In this document: one piece after another, positions 1 to 9,046 of the stretch
Position numbering within the stretch: position 1 is the stretch's first letter
Layout: the number at the start of each line of letters is the position of its first letter
Sequence record: NZ_CP065264.1
Source: a plasmid
Reading direction: 5' to 3' (one strand)
Length of the DNA stretch: 18,117 nucleotides
Translations under genes and position numbers: made by a program
The notes under the pieces: model-generated
Database searches by the model: none
Seen by the model: the letters and a program-made list of their open reading frames with translations, nothing else
Told to the model about the DNA's origin: nothing

Positions 1-38
1 TTGAGATGCCCAAACTTTGACCAGGGCGTGCATCTCAA
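1..38. promoter_or_regulatory. 9-bp perfect inverted repeat TTGAGATGC / GCATCTCAA with a 20-nt spacer; a second 6-bp IR GTTAAG / CTTAAC lies at about 47-65. Possible operator or origin-proximal element upstream of the rep gene.
   Basis: Read directly from the sequence. The local GC is lower than the surrounding replicon. Confidence 0.25.
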
Positions 39-1458
39 CCTTCACCCGTTAAGAGAAAGGCTTAACACGAACAGGGTTGAGCGTACCCGGAATCAGATAC
101 CCCTCGCAATAGCTGACACGTCTCTACAGCCTGTCGTGTCGGTAACGATTCGGGATGTCTGGCGGCCGCCGTTGGGTTCATCGGCGGCGCGGCCGCGGCG
201 GGGGACAGCGTATGTACATAAGACGCGGGCGCCACGTGGGCGCGACACCAGCAGTGGGCAGGGCGTCGCTGCGTTGGTGGCGCGCGCCCATCAGATCGAA
301 CGTCGATCGGGGCAGCTTCGGCTTGATCTGCCGGTGTTGCGGTACGTGCCGAAGGTGCCCCGTTGGGTCGAGAGTTTGGCGCTCGGGGTCGGCGCCGACG
401 CTTATGCCCGTGTCCCGTTATGGTCCGGGGCGCAGCATTGGGCGCGTATAACCGTTCCTGTCGCCTACGACCTTCGGTATCGGAAGATCCGGCGCGAGCT
501 TGAGCACGATCGTGTCAGCCGTAAGACCTTGTTGAAGGTCGCTGATGCCCGCGCCCGGTACGCCGACGGGCGCACGGGCCGTCACTGCCGGCCCACCAAC
601 GAGACCTTGGCCAAGATCAGTGGTCTTGACGAACGCACGGTTCAACGTGCCACGCGACTGCTCGCACTGCTGGGCTGCGCCACGGAGATCCTGCGCGGCC
701 GCCAACGCACCAAGGACGAGCGGCTCGCGTCGTGGCGGATGAACGACCGGGCCCGCGGCTGGGCCTCGGTGTGGGCGCTGCATGCACCTCGTCCGGCTGT
801 GGATAACTCCCGCGACCGAAAGGGCCTGTGGCGGCCTTGTTCACAAAAAATGTCGCCCCATCCCCGTAGGGGGTCTGTATCTGTTGAAAAAGGTTCTTTG
901 AGTTCTTACTCACCTACCGACAGGCAAGCTGTCGGAGCGGGCCACGGCCCGCCAATGAACGGCGGCGCTGCGCGCCACGCTACGAGCCAAGCAAGGCGGC
1001 GGCCATACCGGCGCAGCGTTGATCCGCGGGGGCGCTTGTTGGCCTTGCGGTGGCTCGCTGAGGGGACAACGCCGGCTTGGGCGGGTCGGTATTCGCCGCG
1101 AGGGTGGGCAGCGGTACTGGCTGCTCCTGCGGCACATGAGTGGACACCTGATGACGTGAATACCGTGATCCGTGAATGGTCCTCGGTGGGCGCGAACTAT
1201 CTGCCGGCGGACCCCCATAAGCCGATCGGTCTGCTGTACACGATCTTGGCCTGGCACGGCGATCTGCAGAACCGTCCGGCTGCCGGCGCCGCCGCGCAGA
1301 TCGCCGCCGAACATGCCGCCGATCTTGCCGCGACGCACGCTCGCAGACAAGCCGCTGCCGACGCTCGGCCCGCGGACGCTGAACACCGTGCCGCGGTGCG
1401 TGCACAGTTCGCCGCCGACCAGCGACGCCGGAAAGAACAGCACCGCCATGACGGTTAA
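1..1458 (+). CDS. Putative plasmid replication initiator with winged-HTH (HTH_36-like) motif. The 5' boundary is unresolved; internal GTG candidates exist at 136 and about 277.
   Basis: One frame is open across the whole span. The motif TNETLAKISGLDERTVQRATRLLALLG is typical of the HTH in actinobacterial plasmid Rep proteins. Positions 1-130 are AT-richer with inverted repeats and look non-coding, so the true start is probably internal. A low-GC island at 840-910 interrupts the ORF, so a two-gene alternative (Rep plus a small RepB-like product starting near ATG 952) cannot be excluded. Confidence 0.45.
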   Translation: MRCPNFDQGVHLNLHPLRERLNTNRVERTRNQIPLAIADTSLQPVVSVTIRDVWRPPLGSSAARPRRGTAYVHKTRAPRGRDTSSGQGVAALVARAHQIERRSGQLRLDLPVLRYVPKVPRWVESLALGVGADAYARVPLWSGAQHWARITVPVAYDLRYRKIRRELEHDRVSRKTLLKVADARARYADGRTGRHCRPTNETLAKISGLDERTVQRATRLLALLGCATEILRGRQRTKDERLASWRMNDRARGWASVWALHAPRPAVDNSRDRKGLWRPCSQKMSPHPRRGSVSVEKGSLSSYSPTDRQAVGAGHGPPMNGGAARHATSQARRRPYRRSVDPRGRLLALRWLAEGTTPAWAGRYSPRGWAAVLAAPAAHEWTPDDVNTVIREWSSVGANYLPADPHKPIGLLYTILAWHGDLQNRPAAGAAAQIAAEHAADLAATHARRQAAADARPADAEHRAAVRAQFAADQRRRKEQHRHDG

Positions 1459-2690
1459 GCCGCTTCGGCCTGTTCCTCGCTCAGAAGTCGCGCACGGTGC
1501 CGCTCCAACTTCTCACGGCGCGCACGCAGGCTCAGCTCAACCATGCCCCACACGGGTGCAGCGGCCCATCGGCTCCACCGGATGTGTGGGTGCAAGCGAC
1601 TGAGCGTGAAGGCCACCCAGCACACCGCAGGTACCGGAAGCAGCCAGCCCGCCAGGTAGAGCGCCCACACCAGACCGCCGTGTATCCCGGTGAGCGCCAG
1701 TACCGCTGAGGCCACCAGGAAGTACCCGACGATGGCAAGCGGCGGCCTGATATCGAGGTGCAGACGGATGCGATCGGTGGCGTATTTCTCGGCGTAGCGA
1801 TGCAGCGTCAAGTAACCGAGCCCTAGCCCGGTGGTCGCGCCCACGTAGGCCGCTGCGCCTAGCCCAGCCCCCAGCGCCGACCAGTCCCATTCGGTGTGGT
1901 GATGTCTGATCAATCCGATCGCAGCGGCCCCAGTTTGCATCACCAGCAAATACAGCATCGGGATCATCGCCAGCAGCGCGAGCCGAATCGCTGCCCCAAC
2001 CCAGTACCGCCGCCACAGTAGCTTGCGGTTGGGAACACTCACGCCTGCAAGCGGTCTCGGAACCGTACGGTCCTTCAACGCCGCCTCCCAGGTGTCGAGT
2101 TTGATGAGCTTGCGAACTGTCTGGCCGAACGCATTAGCGCGTTCCGCCGCCTGGACCTGGCGGCCCGCCGTCGTGGCCAGCAGCGCCGCCACAACGGCGA
2201 ACAAGGTTGCACCCGCAGCGGTTCCGACAGCATGCGGCGAGTCCAAGCTCGCCCAGCACGCACCCGCCGCCGCCACGGCGCCCATCGCCAGCAGCTGGGC
2301 ACCTAACTCCAGGTAGCGCCGTGCCTCGCCCATCGCGATCTGGGCACGCCGCGAGGTCACCAGACCCTCTAGGAACAGTGCAGCGTTGATGGCACCGCAC
2401 AACGACAACGAGGTCACCGCAATGGTCATCGCCGTCTCCGGGATCAACCGGCCGTGCACCGCGTGATACACCCGCGTGAAGAACTCACCCGAAAGTGGCA
2501 CTGGCGCGGGCGCTGTTCCCGACGCCGACCCGAACACCACGCCAAGCTGCGCGACACCAAACACCCCAAACGCCAACGCAACCCAAAAGCCCCAGAACCT
2601 TGCGCGACGTTCACTGCGAATCTCGCGGCCATCCTCCTCGGCCCGCTCGTCCGCGGCGAGCAGCTGCTGTTCCCAGAACCGATCATCCAT
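1455..2690 (-). CDS. Polytopic integral membrane protein, about 8 predicted TM helices, function unknown. Divergent from the relaxase gene.
   Basis: ATG at 2690 is preceded by GGAGGA (plus-strand CTATCCTCC at about 2697-2705) at SD spacing. There are eight hydrophobic 20-25-aa segments, e.g. FWGFWVALAFGVFGVAQLGVVFG and GGLVWALYLAGWLLPVPAVCWVAFTL. Its stop converges with the rep ORF stop with overlap. Confidence 0.6.
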   Translation of the reverse strand: MDDRFWEQQLLAADERAEEDGREIRSERRARFWGFWVALAFGVFGVAQLGVVFGSASGTAPAPVPLSGEFFTRVYHAVHGRLIPETAMTIAVTSLSLCGAINAALFLEGLVTSRRAQIAMGEARRYLELGAQLLAMGAVAAAGACWASLDSPHAVGTAAGATLFAVVAALLATTAGRQVQAAERANAFGQTVRKLIKLDTWEAALKDRTVPRPLAGVSVPNRKLLWRRYWVGAAIRLALLAMIPMLYLLVMQTGAAAIGLIRHHHTEWDWSALGAGLGAAAYVGATTGLGLGYLTLHRYAEKYATDRIRLHLDIRPPLAIVGYFLVASAVLALTGIHGGLVWALYLAGWLLPVPAVCWVAFTLSRLHPHIRWSRWAAAPVWGMVELSLRARREKLERHRARLLSEEQAEAA

Positions 2691-2879
2691 AGCTGCCTAT
2701 CCTCCACCGCACCCCCCGACAACACCTGGCCAACACACACGCCTAACCGTGCGCACACCACCCCGCGCGCAACCCTCCCCGACAACCTCACCAACCCCGC
2801 CTACCTGCACAACCACTACAACACCCACAGACCTTTTGCACTAAGGTCACGAAAAGATAACGACTGCTATTCTGTGTGC
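2691..2879. promoter_or_regulatory. Divergent promoter region and candidate oriT for the MobF relaxase.
   Basis: About 130 nt of the plus strand are C/A-rich and almost free of G. CCCCGACAAC occurs as a direct repeat at about 2714 and 2777. A low-GC stretch at 2830-2873 holds the hairpin GACCTT-ttgcact-AAGGTC (2830-2848) and a TANNNT -10-like TATTCT (2868-2873), placed for a leaderless transcript starting at GTG 2880. MobF oriTs usually lie next to the relaxase gene with an IR 5' of nic. Confidence 0.3.
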
Positions 2880-5800
2880 GTGACCGCGACTTGTCACAAG
2901 CTGACCGCCGGGGACGGGTACGAGTACCTGACCCGGCAGGTCGCTGCGTACGACAGCACCGAAAAGGGCCGCATGTCGCTGGCGGACTACTACCACGCCA
3001 AAGGCGAAGCGCCCGGCCGCTGGGTCGGTTCGGGGTTGAAGTACCTCAGTGACCCGGCGGGCCGATCACTGACCGACGAGGAACGCCAAGACTGGACCGT
3101 GGACGAAGGTTCGGAGGTCACGGCCGAACAGATGAAGGCACTGTTCGGTCTCGGGCAGCACCCGAACGCCGAGCAGATCGCCACGAAAGCCGTTGCCGCA
3201 GGCGTACACCCAGATGTCGCCAAGAAGATCCCTCAGCTGGGCCGCCCATTTCCGATCTACACCAAGGCATCCGAGTACCGGAAGGCATGCGCCGAGGCAT
3301 TCGGCGCCCACAATGAACACCGGGGCCAGCACGCCGCAGCGGCCATCGACGACGACGTGCGCGCACACATCCGCAGCGAGGTTGCCCGAGGAATGTTCGC
3401 CCAGCAGCACGGCCGACAACCCGATGCCCTTGAACTCACCACGTTCATCGCCGAACATTCACGCCCGGCCACCATCGCCGTGTCCGGGCACGACTGGTGC
3501 GCAAGCCCAGTCAAATCCGTCTCCACACTGTGGGCCGTGTGCGGCACCCGCGAGCGCCAGCTCATCGAACTCGCCCAGGACTTGGCCGGGCAGGGCGCGA
3601 TCCAATCCATGGAGCGCAACAGCCTCTTTACCCGCATGGGCGCCCAAGGCGTCCAGCAGCTCGACGCCACCGGATTCATCGGCACCGCCTTCACCCATCG
3701 CCAAAGCCGAGCAAATAACCCCGACCTGCACACCCATTACGCATTGAGCGCTAAGTGCCGCGCGATCGGTCCCGATGGTGTCCCCCGCTGGCTGGCCATG
3801 GATGGCCGCCCGTTCTACAAGTCGCTCGTCGCGATGTCCGAAACGTACAACTCGCTGCTTGAGGCGTACCTCATTGAATTCCTTGGTGTGCAGTTCGTGG
3901 AGCGTCCCACCGAGCCTGGCAAGCGGCCCATCCGCGAGATCGCCGGTATCTCCCCGGAACTGATGGAGTTCTGGTCGCAGCGGGCCAAGATGATCGACGA
4001 TCGGCTCGCCGAACTCACGATCAAATTTCAACGGGAAGTGGGCCGCGAGCCCACCGCCTCGGAGGCATACGACCTGTCGCAGCGCGCCACGTTGGAGACA
4101 CGGCAGGCCAAGATGGAGCCGCAGTCATTCGCCGAGCAGCGCGAGAGCTGGCACCGCGAAGCAGTCGAAGTGTTGGGCTCGGAGAAGGCCCTGGCCGAGA
4201 TGTTGACCAATACCCTTGGCCGCCAGCAGCACCGCGCACAAGAACCAGTCAGCGCCGAATGGATCGCCGACAAAGCCACCCAGTTGCTCGCCACCGTGGC
4301 CGAGTCCCGGGCCAAATGGCAGTGGGCGCACGTGCACGCCGAAGCCTGGCGCATCGCCCGTGCCGAAGGCGTTGCCCACCAACCGGACATCGCCGAGCAG
4401 CTCACGAACGCGGCGCTCGGACGCAGCATCCGCGTCGCCTCCACCGCTCTCGACGGGGAACTCAACGAGCCCGATTTCCTGCGGCGCCGCAACGGCGAAT
4501 CGGTCTACACCACGCACGGCACCGACATGTACACCTCCGCTGACATCGTGGCCGCCGAACGGCGAATCGTCGCTGCCGCGACAGAACGAGGTGCCCGCCG
4601 CCTCGATGCTGACAGCATCGATATGGCGCTACTAGAGCACGCGGCGAACAGCGACTTCGCACTCAACGCCGATCAAGCGGCCCTCGTGCGTGCGCTCGGC
4701 AGCTCCACCGCCGGAGTGCGACTCGCGCTCGCGCCCGCCGGAACCGGCAAGACCACCGCCATGTCCGTGTTGTCGCACGCATGGGCCGACAGCGGCGGAA
4801 CGGTACTCGGGCTCGCCCCCACCGCCGCAGCCGCCGAGATCCTCGGCGCAGAGATCGGCACCAACGCAGACACTCTCGCCAAGTACGTGCACTGCACCAC
4901 TCATCCCGAACATCCAGTGCCCGCATGGTTCGACCGGATCGACCACAACTCGCTCATCCTGGTCGACGAAGCGGGCATGGCCGCCACCTTGGACCTCGAT
5001 GCACTTATCGCCCATGCGCGGGGCCGCGGCGCCACCGTTGTGCTCATCGGCGACGATCAGCAGCTTGCCTCCATCAGTGCTGGCGGTGTCCTGCGCGACA
5101 TCGCCCACGTCTGCGGGGCCACCACCCTGACGACAGTGGTTCGGTTCGCTGACCCCGCCGAATCGGCCGCCAGTTTGGCACTGCGCCAGGCCGATCCGGC
5201 AGCCCTGGGCTTCTATCTGGACAACGAGCGCGTGCACATCGGCTCCGATGCGGCTGCCGCGGACATGGCCTACACCGCGTGGCGCGCCGACATCGATGCA
5301 GGCATCGACAGCATCATGCTTGCGCCCACCACCTCGACCGTCACCGAACTCAATCAACGCGCCCAGGCCGACCGCATCGCCCGCACCGGGCGCCGGGCCG
5401 GGCGAGCCAGCAGCCTGCGCGATGGAACCCGCGCACACGTCGGCGATGTCGTATTCACCCGGAAAAACGATCGCCGCCTGACAATCTCGGGCACCGATTA
5501 CGTGCGCAACCGGTACCGCTGGACCGTCCGCGAAGTACACCGCGACGGTTCGCTGACAGTGCAGCAGATCACCAAATCCACCAAGCCCGGCCGCATCGTG
5601 CGGTTGCCCTCCAGCTACACCGCCCGGCACATCACTCTCGGCTACGCCGCCACCGTGCATGCCGCCCAAGGCTTAACCACGATGCGCTGCCACCTCATCG
5701 GAGCAGCCTCCCTGACACGCCAGTTGCTATATGTGGCGATGACGCGCGGCAAGCTGGGTAACCACATCTACTTTTCCACCGCCGAACACGATCCCCACAA

Positions 5801-8624
5801 GATCATCAGCGCCAGCGCCCTGCTGCCCGAGACCGCCACCGAAATCCTCACCAAAATCCTGGAGCGCGACGGCTCTCAACACTCGGCGACCAGCGCCCAG
5901 CGTGATGCGCAGAACCCGTTCCTGCGTCTGGCACACGCCGCCGGCTACTACAGCGATGCCGTGGAATCCTGCGCCGAACACCAGCTCGGCGCCGACATCA
6001 TGGCCGCCATCGATCAGGGCGCCAATGAGCTGTATCCCCAGCTCACCGAAGCAGACGCCTGGACCGCGCTGCGCAAACACCTCGCCCTGCGCGCATTACC
6101 GGACCAGGACGCCAAAACTGCTCTTGATGTTCTGGCCGCCGCGATCACACGGCGCGAGCTCGACACCGCCGACGATCCGGCCGCTGTCCTGCACTGGCGC
6201 ATCCAGCAGCGCACCGGCACCCAAGGTCCACTCCCCTGGCTCACCGCCATCCCCGCCGAGCTGCAACAACAGCCCGACACCGCGATCTACCTGCACGCGC
6301 GCTTCTCGCGGGTCCGGGACCTCGCCGAGGAGGTACACACCGCCGCACTCGCCTGGACCTCTGACACCGCGCCCCGCTGGGCGCAGGCACTGCATGCCGC
6401 CGACCCCGTGCTTACCGCCCGCATCGCCGTCTTCCGCGCCGCGTGCGGCATCGACGACGCCGATCAGCGCCTCACCGGCCCCGACCAATACGCAGTCACC
6501 CTGCGCAGCCACCAAGCAGTGCTGATGAAGGCCGCCGCAGCGGCCCTGCCCGGGCTCGACGCAGGCCGCAGCCGCTGGACCGACGCAGTACGCCACCTTG
6601 ACCCACGACTGCCCGACGATCCCTACTGGACTCAGCTCACGCACCTGCTCGACGACATCGAGCGCGACGGCTTTGACGTGTCCCAGATCCTGGAGGCTGC
6701 CGCCACCAAGCCCCTACCTGCGGACATGCCCGCCGCGGCCCTGTGGTGGCGGGCGATGCGCGCCATCCACGGCGACACCCGACCCAGCAGCGCCGCACCC
6801 GCTGAGCTTCTTGAGCTATGGACCAGGGAGAAGAACCTCGCCGATCAGCTCGCCGAGCTTGAAACAGCCCAGGCCGAACCCACCCATTGGGGCACACCGC
6901 ACCTGGCCGCGTTCAAAGACCGCTACGGGCAACTCCTTAGCGAATACCGCCGCCAAGAACCCCACCACCGCGCCGTCACCGACGCCTACGAGCGCTGGCT
7001 GGCCGCCGACCGCGAACTCACCGCCGCCAACCGCACCACCGACCGGGAGAACCCGGCCGACACTGACGAACGCCGCGCCAGGGCCGCCGGCGCCGAACAG
7101 GCCGCCCGCGACACCCTGCACCACGCACAGCAAGAGCGCGCGCACGCCCTCGGCGGCGCCCAACCGGTCACCGACACCATGCTCACCGAACTCGTCGACG
7201 AAGCCCTCCGGGCCGATCGCCGACTACTGGAAGACACCCGAAACAGATTGCAGCGAGCCAAAACACGGGCACGTAGCGCCGAACAGCAGGCGGCGATCGA
7301 GGCTGTCAAAGACACCGGCAGAACCAGCCGCGGCGAAGAAGACGACCTCACCCAGATCCGCCTGGCCTACACCCTGCTCGAGGACGCCGCACACACCCAC
7401 GCCCGCACACCCCGGCCCAGCATCGACCAGAGCGGGCTCAGCGCCGACCAGATTGCCGTAGCCCGCGAACTCGCCCGCTCGCCGTACACCCTCAACGTGC
7501 TCACCGGCACCCCGCAGGACACCCGCGCCGTGCTGGACAGCATCCGCGCCGGAGCTGAACGCCAGCAGCGCACCGTCCACGACATCACGGCCGCCGACAC
7601 CATCGGCGCCGACGACATGCTCGACGCGATCGTCCTAGTCTCCGATGCGGACCGCTGGGAACTGCCCGCCCTGCACCGTCTCGCCGAGACTGCACGACGC
7701 GAACACGCCAAACTCATCCTGGCGGGCGATCCTCAAACAGCCGCCGCCACACCCCATTTCCGGGCACTAGCCGCCGAACTGCCCTGGACCCAGGCCGCGC
7801 ACGAACAGCGCCACGCGGCCACACCGGAAGTCGTTCTCGCATCCACCACACAAGAGGCCACCACATCAGCAATCCAGGCCGCCCAACATGATCAGGCAGC
7901 AGGTGTCGATGCCGTCATCCTCGCCGCAGGCCCGCAGCAGGCCGATGCCCTCAACACCGCAGTACACGAGCGCGGCGCGGCACGAGATCGTGTGGCCATC
8001 GGCTGGCATCACCTCGGCGTCGGCGACATCATCACCACCACCGCGGCCACCGAAACCGCAGACGGCACCGCTGTCGCTCCTGGCGGGCGCTGGACCATCA
8101 CCGAACTCGACCAGGACGCCGCGACCGCCCAGGCCATACGTCGCGACGACCCGTCCGTCACGATCACCGTGGGCGAACACACCCTCTACGAGCTCGGCTA
8201 CGCCCAAACCGCGCGCACCTATGCCGCCGGCCCGGCCGCCGACCGAATTCACCTGCCGATCGACGAGCACACCGCGGGCGCCGAACTGCACACCAGTCAC
8301 CACGCCGACACCACGCTGTACGTGGCCGCCACCAGCACCGAGGAAGCCGCCGACGTCATTGCCGCCGCCCAGGCCCGCGATACCCGGCCACGCCTCGTAC
8401 TCGATACGAAAGCCGAGGCCGCGCAGCGCAAAATCGACAACAGCGAGAAGGTATCGCCGATCGACAAACTCGCCCTGCAACTCGTCGACAAACGCGCACA
8501 GCTCAAAGCCGCCGCCACCGAGCATTACCGGCAATGGACCGCCCGCCAACAACGAGCAGCTCAAGCACGCCAACGCGCCGCCGAGCGGGGACGCTCCAAC
8601 GACGGCCCCGGCCTGTCTCTCTAA
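2880..8624 (+). CDS. traA: MobF/TrwC-family conjugative relaxase-helicase (TraA-like), about 1914 aa. It has an N-terminal HUH relaxase domain, an active RecD-like helicase, an Ala-rich coiled-coil segment and a C-terminal degenerate (vestigial) second helicase-like domain.
   Basis: Relaxase motif I is HKLTAGDGYEYLTRQVAAYD...SLADYYHAKGEAPGRWVGSGL with catalytic Tyr residues. The 3-His motif is NNPDLHTHYAL. Walker A is LAPAGTGKTT, Walker B is LILVDEAGM, followed by VVLIGDDQQL, TVHAAQGLT and LLYVAMTRGK. The track ORF begins at 2454, but everything upstream of 2874 is low-complexity and overlaps the divergent membrane-protein gene. GTG 2880 (alternative 2874) is the first start that keeps the catalytic-Tyr motif. 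Confidence 0.9.
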   Translation: MTATCHKLTAGDGYEYLTRQVAAYDSTEKGRMSLADYYHAKGEAPGRWVGSGLKYLSDPAGRSLTDEERQDWTVDEGSEVTAEQMKALFGLGQHPNAEQIATKAVAAGVHPDVAKKIPQLGRPFPIYTKASEYRKACAEAFGAHNEHRGQHAAAAIDDDVRAHIRSEVARGMFAQQHGRQPDALELTTFIAEHSRPATIAVSGHDWCASPVKSVSTLWAVCGTRERQLIELAQDLAGQGAIQSMERNSLFTRMGAQGVQQLDATGFIGTAFTHRQSRANNPDLHTHYALSAKCRAIGPDGVPRWLAMDGRPFYKSLVAMSETYNSLLEAYLIEFLGVQFVERPTEPGKRPIREIAGISPELMEFWSQRAKMIDDRLAELTIKFQREVGREPTASEAYDLSQRATLETRQAKMEPQSFAEQRESWHREAVEVLGSEKALAEMLTNTLGRQQHRAQEPVSAEWIADKATQLLATVAESRAKWQWAHVHAEAWRIARAEGVAHQPDIAEQLTNAALGRSIRVASTALDGELNEPDFLRRRNGESVYTTHGTDMYTSADIVAAERRIVAAATERGARRLDADSIDMALLEHAANSDFALNADQAALVRALGSSTAGVRLALAPAGTGKTTAMSVLSHAWADSGGTVLGLAPTAAAAEILGAEIGTNADTLAKYVHCTTHPEHPVPAWFDRIDHNSLILVDEAGMAATLDLDALIAHARGRGATVVLIGDDQQLASISAGGVLRDIAHVCGATTLTTVVRFADPAESAASLALRQADPAALGFYLDNERVHIGSDAAAADMAYTAWRADIDAGIDSIMLAPTTSTVTELNQRAQADRIARTGRRAGRASSLRDGTRAHVGDVVFTRKNDRRLTISGTDYVRNRYRWTVREVHRDGSLTVQQITKSTKPGRIVRLPSSYTARHITLGYAATVHAAQGLTTMRCHLIGAASLTRQLLYVAMTRGKLGNHIYFSTAEHDPHKIISASALLPETATEILTKILERDGSQHSATSAQRDAQNPFLRLAHAAGYYSDAVESCAEHQLGADIMAAIDQGANELYPQLTEADAWTALRKHLALRALPDQDAKTALDVLAAAITRRELDTADDPAAVLHWRIQQRTGTQGPLPWLTAIPAELQQQPDTAIYLHARFSRVRDLAEEVHTAALAWTSDTAPRWAQALHAADPVLTARIAVFRAACGIDDADQRLTGPDQYAVTLRSHQAVLMKAAAAALPGLDAGRSRWTDAVRHLDPRLPDDPYWTQLTHLLDDIERDGFDVSQILEAAATKPLPADMPAAALWWRAMRAIHGDTRPSSAAPAELLELWTREKNLADQLAELETAQAEPTHWGTPHLAAFKDRYGQLLSEYRRQEPHHRAVTDAYERWLAADRELTAANRTTDRENPADTDERRARAAGAEQAARDTLHHAQQERAHALGGAQPVTDTMLTELVDEALRADRRLLEDTRNRLQRAKTRARSAEQQAAIEAVKDTGRTSRGEEDDLTQIRLAYTLLEDAAHTHARTPRPSIDQSGLSADQIAVARELARSPYTLNVLTGTPQDTRAVLDSIRAGAERQQRTVHDITAADTIGADDMLDAIVLVSDADRWELPALHRLAETARREHAKLILAGDPQTAAATPHFRALAAELPWTQAAHEQRHAATPEVVLASTTQEATTSAIQAAQHDQAAGVDAVILAAGPQQADALNTAVHERGAARDRVAIGWHHLGVGDIITTTAATETADGTAVAPGGRWTITELDQDAATAQAIRRDDPSVTITVGEHTLYELGYAQTARTYAAGPAADRIHLPIDEHTAGAELHTSHHADTTLYVAATSTEEAADVIAAAQARDTRPRLVLDTKAEAAQRKIDNSEKVSPIDKLALQLVDKRAQLKAAATEHYRQWTARQQRAAQARQRAAERGRSNDGPGLSL

Positions 8625-9031
8625 AGACCGACAGCGCTCAGCGGGTGCGCAGACTGTGTCTTGCCGCTGATCGCCGCGTTGAAATACGCGATCGCCGCCT
8701 CGTGTAACCGATTGCAATGGACCACGGACGAACCGTCCCACTGCTCCTGCCTTTTGGACCACTCGGCCATCCGCAGCGCGACCGCCGCGCCGGGGGCGGC
8801 ATAGAAGAAATCGAACTGAGCCTGCTCTTTCCACGGCCCCGTGGGTATCGCGGCGACCATGGCGCCGGTGCTCAAGTACACCCACACCGAGGCGCCGACA
8901 TTGTTCGACTTCAAATCGAGTGCGTCAAAGGGCGCCGGCAGATCCCGATCGTTACAGGAGTGATCCAGCACAGCCCACCCGGCAGGAACCGGTTCATTCG
9001 TGTTCACCATGACACCATCATGGCCGTTCAC
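8621..9031 (-). CDS. Hypothetical 136-aa protein, last gene of the minus-strand operon. Candidate partner or immunity-type protein for the upstream 787-aa modular protein.
   Basis: GTG start at 9031 lies 16 nt after the stop of the upstream gene on the same strand. Third-position GC is consistent with coding. Trp-rich; no recognisable motif. Its 3' end converges on the relaxase stop with a 4-bp overlap. Confidence 0.45.
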   Translation of the reverse strand: MNGHDGVMVNTNEPVPAGWAVLDHSCNDRDLPAPFDALDLKSNNVGASVWVYLSTGAMVAAIPTGPWKEQAQFDFFYAAPGAAVALRMAEWSKRQEQWDGSSVVHCNRLHEAAIAYFNAAISGKTQSAHPLSAVGL

Positions 9032-9046
9032 GTGGACATCCTGTGT

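Noticed and set aside
2454-2873. The 5' part of the 2056-aa track ORF upstream of the relaxase motif
   Set aside because: It overlaps the divergent membrane-protein gene and the C-rich intergenic region. The translation is low-complexity Pro/Thr/His-rich with no start that preserves sense. The first plausible start keeping the catalytic-Tyr motif is GTG 2874/2880.
4632-5669. 345-aa minus-strand ORF, and others (3066-4031, 6096-6644, 7866-8885), antisense to the relaxase gene
   Set aside because: Their translations are Gly/Arg/Ala-rich and featureless, typical of open antisense frames in about 70% GC DNA. The sense frame carries unambiguous relaxase and helicase motifs.
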